From: Macrostomum lignano
Lineage: Eukaryota
Direction: 5' to 3'
Length of the DNA: 64,000 nucleotides
Assembly: GCA_002269645.1 (NCBI GenBank)
Contig: NIVC01000536.1
Location: forward strand, 186,001 to 250,000
Part shown: piece by piece, positions 33,362-46,229 of the stretch
How the letters are laid out: the number at the start of each line of letters is the position of its first letter
Numbering within the stretch: position 1 is the first letter of the stretch
Notes under the pieces: generated by a model
Seen by the model: the letters and a program-made list of their open reading frames with translations, nothing else
Database searches by the model: none
What the model was told of the DNA's origin: nothing
Program-made: the position numbers and the translations under genes

Positions 33362-36300
33362 CTGAGTGCCACCTTTCAAGTATGTGGTACCCCTCTGGTG
33401 TGTCACCCCACTGGTATACCACCCCTTAGCCCTTCTAGTATGCTGCTCCTTAGCCTTTCCGGTGTACCAACACTTCAAAATGTGCCAGACAACTATCCAT
33501 GAAAATATAACTTTTCCAATAGGGACAACAAGGACAGGTTTAAATAAAATGCATTTAAATAATCATTATTTCAACAAATTTTCTATCAAAAGACTTGTTC
33601 CCAATTTTTTTTAGATTTAGGATCTAAATATTATAGGAATTAAATATTTTTGGGATACCAAAAATTTGGGATTAAGATCCAGGATCCTATTTGGCCTCCT
33701 ACTTTTGAGCATATTTTGATAATAGACCTTATAAAAATAGCCATGATCAACATCTAAAAAAGTGGACTTCTTGAACTTTATGTAGATAAAATAGTTTCAA
33801 TTTTGATAGGATCATAATTTTGTCTCTATAGGGGTTTTTGATGGTGCTGATTTCAAATTTGAGCTTTGTTTTTTGTATCTTAAAGCCAACCATTGGGGCA
33901 TGGGGAATGGGGGTTTTAGGGTAGGGAAAATCTTTATGGGGAATGATTTTCTGTACCTAAACTTCAATAGAGGCATAGAGGTCTATTGAAGATTAAGTAA
34001 ATAAATTTAGAGGCTGAGGGGAGGGGGCAAGTCTTGGGGGGGGGGGGGGTAGGGTGGGGTAAGAGGGAGACTAACAACCACCAACAACAGGGCATGGAAA
34101 ATGGGAGGAGGTTTTGGGGAGAATCTTCATGAGGATAGATTTTATATACCTAAACTTCAATAGAGGCATGGGGGTTTATTGAAGATTAGGTAGATAAATA
34201 AAGCTTAAATAAAAAAGTCAACAAAGCCTATGGAACACCTCTATAAAGAAAAATTATAATCTTATCAAACTAATTGATATATAACTAATTGATATAACTA
34301 ATAACTAACTAATTATATAACTAATTGATAATCTTATCAAACTAAGTAAAAATGAATATAGGTAAACAAGTAAAGAATGTATGGCTAATCACAACTGAGA
34401 GAACAACAGCGAATCAAAAGCAAGAGGTGAGGGGTGCTGGCGAACCAAGAGTCAACATTAAAAAAAAACACTAATCTGATTTAGCATTCTTGCTACACTA
34501 TAACAAACTGAGAGAATAAAAATTAGAATAAACACTCTTTTTATTTGAATTAAAATTCTAACCCTTTAAATGTTCTTTTCAAACAAATTCACTAAATTGT
34601 GGAAAATAATTACATTTGAAAGTCATGATTCTAAAAAAGTTATATTTTCAAACATACAATTCTTTGAAACTGCTTGCATCAAATTATCACTAATTATACA
34701 GGGATGAAAAAATTGAGCTCCTATTAATTCTAAAAGATTTTTTTGCAGTTTTTTTGCCTCAACATCATTTTAGATAGACTTTAAGACTCTGGCAAAATTT
34801 TTAGAAAAATTAGAAAAATCAGAAGTATTTTATGTACCTAAGTTCAAGAAGTCCAAAAAGGGACTATACATTATAGCCTAAAAACCTAGCACATATAAAC
34901 AAAAAGTCTACCATATAGAAAACACCTAAAATAATTTTAATGATAGCAAAGCTAATTAGAAAAAAATTAGCTCAAATAACATGATATACCTAAATATATT
35001 ATTTATATTCAATTCAAAAATAGGCTTTTATATATATTATTATATTCACAATTAATATATCATATGTACCAGTTTCAATGAAAAACAAAAATTAAATTAA
35101 ATTAAATTAAATTAAATAACTAAAAAGTTTGATTGGGTTCTAATTTGACCATTTTGAATTTGACTTTGAACAGAGTTTTAGATTATATAAAAGCTACAAG
35201 TCAATTAGTCAAACATTGATCTTATAATAATATTTATATTTTTCTATACTTTTCTAGATTTTATGTTGCTAACACTCTTTTATTTAGCTATGATGCACAA
35301 TAATATACTAGAAAGCCTAATTTAAAGCATTTGACAATAATTTATACATTTATAAAATTGTAAAGGCCTACTCTACTATTTTTTCTTAAGCCATAGTGCA
35401 TAGCCTAATCAGATTCATCTTATCCTTTGTTTTTTAAATATAATGCTCAAGAAGGAATCATTACTGTTTCTTTAAAAAACCTCTAACAATAATTACTAAT
35501 TAGTAATTAGGGACACTAGCAAGATTTTAAAAGCTTAAAGTTTTGATTTTTTCATTTAATCTTCTTTATAGAACTCAGTTACAAGCATTTTGACACCTCA
35601 TTTGTGTAATTGAGTCAAGTAATAAAAATTTATAGCAAGTATGTAGTGTAATTTATGCAGCAATATGCCGGGTACATATTATAGCCGTTTTAATCTATCC
35701 CAATCTATTCCGATTCCCAATCTGTTTTTTGTAAAGTTTGCAATCATTAGAGTCTCAAAGTAGCAGAATTAAACGCTGCTTTCATGGGCATGAGTCCAGC
35801 AATAAATGCTCCAGCTCCGAGCATGCCGAGTGCACCAGAATCGGTATGATCGTTTATGAGCTCGCATGACATGACTCTGGGTCCTGGGAACGAACATCGC
35901 AATATCGAGCGGAGATACAAATGAATTTCAATTTAAAATATAGTTAACAATTAAACTTAGCCAAAGACGCCACCCAAGAAAACCATATTTGCATTTCTTT
36001 AATTAAAAAATACCTTATTATTGCTTTCTAATAGCTTTAATTTTGATTTTTATAAATAGTGTATTCATTTTTGTTGTAACCACTTTCTCAACAAGTTCAT
36101 GAGTACACATTGCGGAATACAATTTTCAGTTTCGAATTAAGACACGTACATGTATTTACGTATTATTAGCTCGTAAGTATAGACCTGTATTGGCCTGTAG
36201 CCAGGTCAGGAGCACGAAATAACGAAATGGCGAGCGAATTAAATTACAGTGACACCTACACCCGTACCGCGTCACCCACCTTGCAGTGGACAGCACGATT

Positions 36301-36829
36301 CTTAAAGTTGATGGCCTACGGTTGGTTTTACGTTTATCTGAGTCCTAAGCATCGCTATTATTAAAAAATTACTGACGAGGTGCAATTTTGGATTGACTTT
36401 GACTTTACAAAGACTTCTCAAATATGATCGATGGAATGTGCAGTGACATTACGCGCATTTTGGCGCAGGGAAATGCAAGCAAAAAAAACACGCCTCGGCT
36501 TATTTTTGACTAAATTAAAAAAATTGAATCGCTTTGCATGTACGCTTTGGCTATAGCCAAAAAAATTATACTAAACGGTACATATACAAACAAGGAATTA
36601 TTAAATCCCAGGAGGGTCTCAAATGAAAATATATTATATCATGTGGATTTTTACATGTACATGTAGTTTATAAATTGACGATAATGGGGCCAGACGCATG
36701 ACAACGATAGATGTAGATAAACGGATTTTAGCTATCATCAGAAATTGACGATTTACTTGCGCAAAAATTAAAAAACAAAAATTAAAAAAATTAAAAAAAC
36801 GAACCCTGCTACAGACCACCCAATTAAAA

Positions 36830-37200
36830 GCTTGACTTTTATAACCTTTAGAAATCAAACCGGAGAAACCCCAACGCGCCCTAAATGCTTGACTTTTACT
36901 TGTATGACCCTAGAATCAAACTGGAGGAACCCCACCACCCCAAATACTTGACTTTTATGACCCTAGAAATCAAACTGGAGGAACCCCACCACCCCATGGA
37001 AATGCTTGACTTTTATGACCCTAGAAATCAAACGGAGAAACTCCACCACCCCAAATACTTGGCTTTTATGACCCTAGAAATCAAACTGGAGGAACCCCAC
37101 CACCCCATGGAAATGCTTGACTTTTATGACCCTAGAAATCAAACGGAGAAACTCCACCACCCCAAATACTTGGCTTTTATGACCCTAGAAATCAAACCGT
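36830..37200. repeat. 53/58-bp alternating repeat (111-bp dimer; cttgacttttatgaccctagaaatcaaac...)
   Basis: ttg(a/g)ctttt at 36948, 37006, 37059, 37117, 37170. Confidence 0.9.
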
Positions 37201-38421
37201 ACGAAACCCGCAAGCGCTAACGCGTGACTTATATTAAACGGCGCTGGAAATCACACAGAAAATGTATTAGCTCATTAGGAGAGATGGAGAGGATTGGGCG
37301 GTTCTCAGCTGCTTACGGCTCGCAGCGACTCTTGCACTAGTGGTGCAACTGCTGGCTGGCTTTATAATTAGCCAAATATTTCATTGAAAAAAAAATTGAT
37401 TTAGCTTGCAAGCACTCAGCTAAGCAGTTGACCAATAGCGTCTTAGTCGGCCTTTGTAAATTGATAAATCATGGACAATACAATATTATTTTTTGCGATT
37501 CAATCTTACCCAGTTTTTTGTTCTTTGAAGATACAATTATTGTCTGAAGTGTCAGGGCAAACAGATTACTGACAAATTAATCAAGCTCAAAGCAGAGAGC
37601 TGAAGAGAGTCGGTGAGGAAGAGAGGAGAGCAGGGAGGGAGAGCGGTGGCAGGTGAGCTGTCTGTTTTATACGCAAATCAGTGCAGCGGGGTGAGGGAGC
37701 AGCAATGCTAGCCAATCTGAACTCAACAGCACGGATGGAGGAGGGCTTTACTTAGCTGTCTTTCCAGCCTCTCCCATTGCCAATTTCCTTCATCCTGCTG
37801 AGCGCGACTTCCCCGCAATCGGCCTAACAGAGTAGAGTCGAGCTGACTGAGTTGCGCCTCATCCCTCTGAAAGCGCGGCATCAGCTTGTATTTGACAGAT
37901 TTTCCGCTGTAAGCAAAACTCACACCGAACAGGACTGGGAGATGCGCTACAGATTGAAAACGAAAATCATAGAAATACCGGAGCACCCTGGATTTCGAAT
38001 GTCATGTGCTCAGCCAGAAACACCTACCTACGCGTAATCCTGTCATTTCTTGAGCAAATTTTCTTCATTTTTTCACGCTTAAAGAAGCAAGAATTCAAAG
38101 CCAAGGCGTTGAACCCACATTTCTGGATAAGGATAACCCTCGCTGAGAATTATAATTAGTTACTATGCATTGCAAAATGGAAACAGGACTCACAGATATC
38201 TAATTGCCCCGCAGACTGCTTACTCATAAGATTACTCATAACAATAAAGAATTGAGCCTGCTCACAAACACATATTTCATTTTCATAGCTTCCAAAACCA
38301 TTTGCCTGATAAGTAAAACAAAGGTACGCCGAGGAGAAAAGCAGACAATGATCCGCTTTTACGCATCAATTCTCGGCCCGAATTCAATAGGAATGACTTG
38401 AAATGCTTTCAGCCCAATGTG

Positions 38422-38729
<308 letters not shown>

Positions 38730-39104
38730 ATGGATAATTTCCCCACTCAATGGCATTTAGTTTCGTCAGGACTGCAGTCCCTACAAATACCCCAGACACC
38801 ATTAGTCAGATCCCAGCCTCCTGCTTCATCTACCTAAAATAGTCATCCTCAATTAAGTGGCAGTCAATCAGCAGTTTTCCAATTGCCAGAATCGCGCCGC
38901 TTCTCCTCGGCCTTACTGGGTATTCATTGTTTAATCAAGCATTAGCGATCGGTGAATGCCTATGCTGTGGAATCATAGGGAGTATATATTCTACACAAGT
39001 GAGTGACTGTGCAGCCAATAGGTTAAATCAAAACTGGGATTTCAGTCTTGGGATTTCAGTTTTAGAGCTGAGAAGATAGATGTGCTTCTCAATCCGCATG
39101 AGTG

Positions 39105-40035
39105 TGACCCAACTCAGTCTGCACCAGTGTGACCCAACTCAGCCTGCACCAGTGTGACCCAACTCAGTCTGCATCAGTGTGACCCAACTCAGTCTGCACC
39201 AGTGTGACCCAACTCAGTCTGCACCAGTGTGACCCAACTCAGTCTGCACCAGTGTGACCCAACTCAGTCTGCGCCAGTGTGACCCAACTCAGTCTGCATC
39301 AGTGTGACCCAACTCAGTCTGCACCAGTGTGACCCAACTCAGTCTGCACCAGTGTGACCCAACTCAGTCTGCATCAGTGTGACCCAACTCAGTCTGCATC
39401 AGTGTGACCCAACTCAGCCTGCACCAGTGTGACCCAACTCACTTTGCACCAGTGTGACCCAACTCACTTTGCACCAGTGTGACCCAGCTCAGTCTGCACC
39501 AGTGTGACCCAGCTCAGTCTGCACCAGTGTGACCCAACTCAGCCTGCACCAGTGTGACCCAACTCAGCCTGCACCAGTGTGACCCAACTCAGTCTGCACC
39601 AGTGTGACCCAACTCAGTCTGCAGTGTGAGCCAACTCAGCCTGCAGTATGAGCCAACTCAGTCTGCAGTGTGAGCCAACTCAGTCTGCAGTGTGACCCAA
39701 CTCAGTCTGCAGTGTGAGCCAACTCAGCCTGCAGTGTGAGCCAACTCAGCCTGCAGTGTGACCCAACTCAGTCTGCAGTGTGAGCCAACTCAGTCTGCAG
39801 TGTGAGCCAACTCAGTCTGCAGTGTGAGCCAACTCAGCCTGCAGTGTGAGCCAACTCAGTCTGCAGTATGAGCCAACTCAGTCTGCAGTGTGAGCCAACT
39901 CAGCCTGCAGTGTGACCCAACTCAGTCTGCAGTGTGAGCCAACTCAGTCTGCAGTGTGAGCCAACTCAGTCTGCATCAGTGTGACCCAACTGAGTCTGCA
40001 TCATCTGAGCCAACTCAGTCTGCAGTGTGAGCCAA
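39105..40035. repeat. Minisatellite with 25-bp unit (GACCCAACTCAGTCTGCACCAGTGT) switching to a 22-bp unit at ~39620
   Basis: Period 25 (39181/39206), then 22 (39661/39683). Confidence 0.96.
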
Positions 40036-40774
40036 TGTACTACCATATCAGAACGGGGACTACTTCAATTAAGATCAGCCACTCTCACTTAGAGCGAGTT
40101 GAAATCGCGGGGCAACGCAGCTAATCTGCTAATTAGTCCAGATTTTCACTTGCAACTGCTGTGTCTTAATTTGAAAGCCTCCCACTAGAAACGCATTATG
40201 ATGATTAGTCAGTGGTGATAAGCAGTGACAAGGTGGAGTCACTGTGTATTCGATATCAGTCATTACTCAGCATCTCAGCGGCATCAAGGGAAGCCTTTCT
40301 CTCATTGCTTGAGCGCAAAGGAATCCCAAAGCCAGTTGAGCGCATGAGCGACTAAACAAAAATCCCCTCGACTGGGTGTGTCCGTGTTATTATACTCCTG
40401 CTGCACTACCTTTTATCCACCTTGCTGACTCGCTGCAGCCGAAATTGCTGAATCCGATCAATACAGAGCATGTATTAGTTTTTGAGCACAAAGAGGTTTG
40501 GGAAACGGTTGTAGAGTTTCGACTTGCAACGAAGCGTTCTGGGAATATTCGGCGGGGGGAGCGCTGGGGCAACTGGAGACATGTATTGTGAAGCATAGAA
40601 GCAGAACTTACTGTTTGTTAGGCTTAGCCAATGATAGCCTCATGGCCTGTAGGATTACAAGCGTAGGATTTCATATTGATGGTGCGTGTGGTCATGATCA
40701 GCTTCTTTCCACTCTTTGTATTGTCCGTATCGTTTGGGTGCAAATATCGAATTTCTGACGGAGAGAATCATTGT

Positions 40775-43700
40775 TTGTTGGTCATTATTTAGTCATGATA
40801 GTTGGTCATTGTCTAGTCATGATAGTTTGTTATTGTCTAGTCATGATAGTGGTCATTGTCTAGTCATAATAGTTGGTCATTGTCTAGTCATAATAGTTGA
40901 TCATTGTCTAGTCATGATAGTTGGTCATTATTTAGTCATGATAGTTGATCATTGTCTAGTCATGATAGTTGGTCGTTGTCTAGTCATGATAGTTGAACAT
41001 TGTCTAGTCATGATAGTTGATCATTGTCTAGTCATGATAGTTGGTCGTTGTCTAATCATGATAGTTGAACATTGTCTAGTCATGATAGTTGGTCATTGTC
41101 TAGTCATAGTAGTTGGTCGTTGTTGAGTCATGATAGTTGGTTATTGTCTAGTCATGATAGTTGGTTATTGTCTAGTCATGATAGTTGGTTATTGTCTAGT
41201 CATGATAGTTGGTTATTGTCTAGTCATGATAGTTGGTTATTGTCTAGTCATGATAGTGGGTTATTGTCTAGTCATGATAGTTGGTCATTGTCTAGTCATG
41301 ATAGTTGGTCGTTGTCTAGTCATGATAGTTGGCTATTGTCTAGTCATGATAGTTGATCATTGTCTAGTCATGATAGTTGGTCGTTGTCTAGTCATGATAG
41401 TTGGTCATTATTTAGTCATGATAGTTGATCATTGTCTAGTCATGATAGTTGATCATTGTCTAGTCATGATAGTTGGTCATTGTCTAGTCATGATAGTTGG
41501 TCGTTGTCTAGTCATGATAGTTGGCTATTGTCTAGTCATGATAGTGGGTTATTGTCTAGTCATGATAGTTGGTCATTATTTAGTCATGATAGTTGATCAT
41601 TGTCTAGTCATGATAGTTGGTTATTGTCTAGTCATGATAGTTGATCATTGTCTAGTCATGATAGTTGGTCGTTGTCTAGTCATGATAGTTGGTCATTGTC
41701 TAGTCATGATAGTTGATCATTGTCTAGTCATGATAGTTGGTCGTTGTCTAGTCATGATAGTTGATCATTGTCTAGTCATGATAGTTGGTCATTGTCTAGT
41801 CATGATAGTTGGTCATTGTCTAGTCATGATAGTTGGTCGTTGTCTAGTCATGATAGTTGGCTATTGTCTAGTCATGATAGTGGGTTATTGTCTAGTCATG
41901 ATAGTTGGTCATTATTTAGTCATGATAGTTGATCATTGTCTAGTCATGATAGTTGGTTATTGTCTAGTCATGATAGTTGGTCGTTGTCTAGTCATGATAG
42001 TTGGTCATTGTCTAGTCATAGTAGTTGGTCGTTGTTGAGTCATGATAGTTGGTCATTATTTAGTCATAATAGTTGGTTATTGTTTAGTCATGATAGTTGG
42101 TCGTTGTCTAGTCATGATAGTTGATCATTGTCTAGTCATGATAGTGGTCATTGTCTAGTCATAATAGTTGGTCATTGTCTAGTCATAATAGTTGGTCATT
42201 GTCTAGTCATGATAGTTGGTCGTTGTCTAGTCATGATAGTTGGCTATTGTCTAGTCATGATAGTGGGTTATTGTCTAGTCATGATAGTTGGTCATTATTT
42301 AGTCATGATAGTTGATCATTGTCTAGTCATGATAGTTGGTTATTGTCTAGTCATGATAGTTGATCATTGTCTAGTCATGATAGTTGGTCGTTGTCTAGTC
42401 ATGATAGTTGGTCATTGTCTAGTCATGATAGTTGATCATTGTCTAGTCATGATAGTTGGTCGTTGTCTAGTCATGATAGTTGATCATTGTCTAGTCATGA
42501 TAGTTGGTCATTGTCTAGTCATGATAGTTGGTCATTGTCTAGTCATGATAGTTGGTCGTTGTCTAGTCATGATAGTTGGCTATTGTCTAGTCATGATAGT
42601 GGGTTATTGTCTAGTCATGATAGTTGGTCATTATTTAGTCATGATAGTTGATCATTGTCTAGTCATGATAGTTGGTTATTGTCTAGTCATGATAGTTGGT
42701 CGTTGTCTAGTCATGATAGTTGGTCATTGTCTAGTCATAGTAGTTGGTCGTTGTTGAGTCATGATAGTTGGTCATTATTTAGTCATAATAGTTGGTTATT
42801 GTTTAGTCATGATAGTTGGTCGTTGTCTAGTCATGATAGTTGATCATTGTCTAGTCATGATAGTGGTCATTGTCTAGTCATAATAGTTGGTCATTGTCTA
42901 GTCATAATAGTTGGTCATTGTCTAGTCATGATAGTTGGTCGTTGTCTAGTCATGATAGTTGGTCGTTGTCTAGTCATGATAGTTGATCATTGTCTAGTCA
43001 TGATAGTTGGTCATTATTTAGTCATGATAGTTGATCATTGTCTAGTCATGATAGTTGATCATTGTCTAGTCATGATAGTTGGTCGTTGTCTAGTCATGAT
43101 AGTTGGTCATTATTTAGTCATGATAGTTGATCATTGTCTAGTCATGATAGTTGATCATTGTCTAGTCATGATAGTTGGTTATTGTCTAGTCATGATAGTT
43201 GGTCGTTGTCTAGTCATGATAGTTGGCTATTGTCTAGTCATGATAGTGGGTTATTGTCTAGTCATGATAGTTGGTCATTATTTAGTCATGATAGTTGATC
43301 ATTGTCTAGTCATGATAGTTGGTTATTGTCTAGTCATGATAGTTGATCATTGTCTAGTCATGATAGTTGGTCGTTGTCTAGTCATGATAGTTGGTCATTG
43401 TCTAGTCATGATAGTTGATCATTGTCTAGTCATGATAGTTGGTCGTTGTCTAGTCATGATAGTTGATCATTGTCTAGTCATGATAGTTGGTCATTGTCTA
43501 GTCATGATAGTTGGTCATTGTCTAGTCATGATAGTTGGTCGTTGTCTAGTCATGATAGTTGGCTATTGTCTAGTCATGATAGTTGGCTATTGTCTAGTCA
43601 TGATAGTGGGTTATTGTCTAGTCATGATAGTTGGTCATTATTTAGTCATGATAGTTGATCATTGTCTAGTCATGATAGTTGGTTATTGTCTAGTCATGAT

Positions 43701-44400
43701 AGTTGGTCGTTGTCTAGTCATGATAGTTGGTCATTGTCTAGTCATAGTAGTTGGTCGTTGTTGAGTCATGATAGTTGAACATTGTCTAGTCATGATAGTT
43801 GGTCATTGTCTAGTCATGATAGTTGGTCATTGTCTAGTCATGATAGTTGGTCGTTGTCTAGTCATGATAGTTGATCATTGTCTAGTCATGATAGTTGGTC
43901 ATTGTCTAGTCATGATAGTTGGTCATTGTCTAGTCATGATAGTTGGTCGTTGTCTAGTCATGATAGTTGGCTATTGTCTAGTCATGATAGTTGGTCATTG
44001 TCTAGTCATGATAGTGGGTTATTGTCTAGTCATGATAGTTGGTCATTATTTAGTCATGATAGTTGATCATTGTCTAGTCATGATAGTTGGTTATTGTCTA
44101 GTCATGATAGTTGGTCGTTGTCTAGTCATGATAGTTGGTCATTGTCTAGTCATAGTAGTTGGTCGTTGTTGAGTCATGATAGTTGAACATTGTCTAGTCA
44201 TGATAGTTGAACATTGTCTAGTCATGATAGTTGGTCATTGTCTAGTCATAGTAGTTGGTCGTTGTTGAGTCATGATAGTTGAACATGGTCTAGTCATGAT
44301 AGTTGGTCATTGTCTAGTCATAATAGTTGGTCGTTGTTCAGTCATGATAGTTGGTTATTGTCATGACTAGTCATGATAGTCATTGTCTAGTAATGGTAGT
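40775..44400. repeat. 24-bp satellite (GTCTAGTCATGATAGTTGGTCATT), ~150 copies, with higher-order blocks
   Basis: Direct; 8-aa periodic spurious ORFs CLVMIVGH. Confidence 0.98.
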
Positions 44401-45249
44401 TGGTCATTGCCTAGTCATGTTAGTCTGTCATTATATGGCCATTTTATGGTCATTGTATGACCAGTGCCGACTGCATGAGCACAATATGTGGAATCGAAGC
44501 CGAATATTTCCCGAAAAAAACTCAGAGCAGCCTCTTTCTGCCCCAGCCCATCTGCAGCCAACTCTGTGGTCAATCTGTTCCCACCTGAGTTCTGTTGACA
44601 ATTATCCCTTCCCCAAGATTCTCGCCATTAATTATCTCCTTTGTCTCACTGCCGGCCCCCTCCCTCTCTCTGATTGCGGAGCAGCAGGTTTACAGAATTA
44701 CAGGAGGCAGTCAAACAGAACTGAGCCGGTTAGCTTCTGGGAAAACGAAAAGGAAGGAAGACAGAAAAAGCAAAGCCCTGGCAATAATTACTGAGCCGAC
44801 TGATTGCGCGAAAATTGAGCTGCTGCTCGTCTTTTGAGCAGCGCAATGGGACAATTATGATGCTGCCCAGGTGCGATGCAGCGCCTCGTTTCTAACTGTT
44901 TCTCGGCCGATCCGGAAGCACTCAGAACGAGCTTGAGCAGAGTAAGACATGCTGAGCTCCCTCCTTAGCAACTGAGGGCGTGTCCAGCTCTTCTAGATGC
45001 ATATTGCTGTTTCTGTTTTATTGGAAAGAAAATGCAGAGGCAGCCCGGGTCAGTATGAGCAGGGGTTGGCTCATACTGAATTTACCATTTCACGTTTCAA
45101 GCTACTTGTAGTAGGATTTCCGTATTTTTAACACGAATTACGAGCGTAATTCTCTCACGCATCCATATCATGTTGTTCACTTAGACTCGCTTATGTTCTT
45201 GATCTCACGATCTCGTTCATGAACTCATGAAAGGATAAAATGAACCATG

Positions 45250-45780
45250 AACTCATTAACTCATAAACTCACTCATGAACTCACTCATGAACTCACTCAT
45301 AAACTCATGAACTCACTCATAAACTCATGAACTCACTCATAAACTCATAAACTCACCCATAAACTCATGAACTCACTCATAAACTAATGAACTCATTCAT
45401 AAACTCATGAACTCACTCATAAACTCATGAACTCACCCATAAGCTCATGAACTCATTCATAAACTCATGAACTCACTCATAAACTCATGAACTCACTCAT
45501 AAACTCATGAACTCACTCATAAACTCATGAACTCACTCATAAACTCATGAACTCACTTATGAACTCATGAACTCACTCATAAACTCATGAACTCACCCAT
45601 AAACTCATGAACTCATTCATAAACTCATGAAATCACTCATAAACTCATGAACTCACCCATAAACTCATGAACTCACTTATGAACTCATGAACTCACTCAT
45701 AAACTCATGAACTCACTTATGAACTCACTTATGAACTCATGAACTCACTTATCAACTCATAAACTCATGACCTCACTTAT
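45250..45780. repeat. 20-bp minisatellite (AAACTCATGAACTCACTCAT)
   Basis: Direct. Confidence 0.95.
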
Positions 45781-46229
45781 GATTCTGTGAAATCATGAAC
45801 CACATCAATCAATCACACCTGCAGCTGTAAGGGCCCTAAACTAATTTTAGTAGCAACTTTCTTTTTCGTCTACTTTAAGTAGTCAATACTGACCATTCCA
45901 AGAATTGATTTCAATCGCAAATCGACTACATTTTTCCTGTCAAGTTCATTTGAGAAACTCCGCTGGGAAAACGTTTCGGGTAGCCTGTTGAATAATAAAA
46001 AAACTTTTTTACGAACTTCTTTAAACTTTTGAGAATTTTGCTAACGAGTTAGTTTGAAATTTCCTTGCAGAAATACTTGCACTCGAAAGCTTGCCGCATC
46101 GTTAAGCTTCAAAAGTACTGACCACTAGGAGAAGCAGGTTGCAACAGTTCTCAGTTGATCCTGGCTCCCTCTCTTATTTCTCCCAGCCTCTGTTCTCACA
46201 GTTTTCCTCTCCGCTCCAATCTCCCTTTC

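Noticed and set aside
33600-36800. AT-rich region suspected to be transposon-derived
   Set aside because: No transposase ORF, TIR pair or TSD could be demonstrated by eye, so no element was annotated.
36885-37220. 111-aa ORF with 37-aa repeats
   Set aside because: Translation of the 111-bp repeat dimer.
40716-44794. CLVMIVGH / SSHDSW repeat ORFs
   Set aside because: 24-bp satellite translation.
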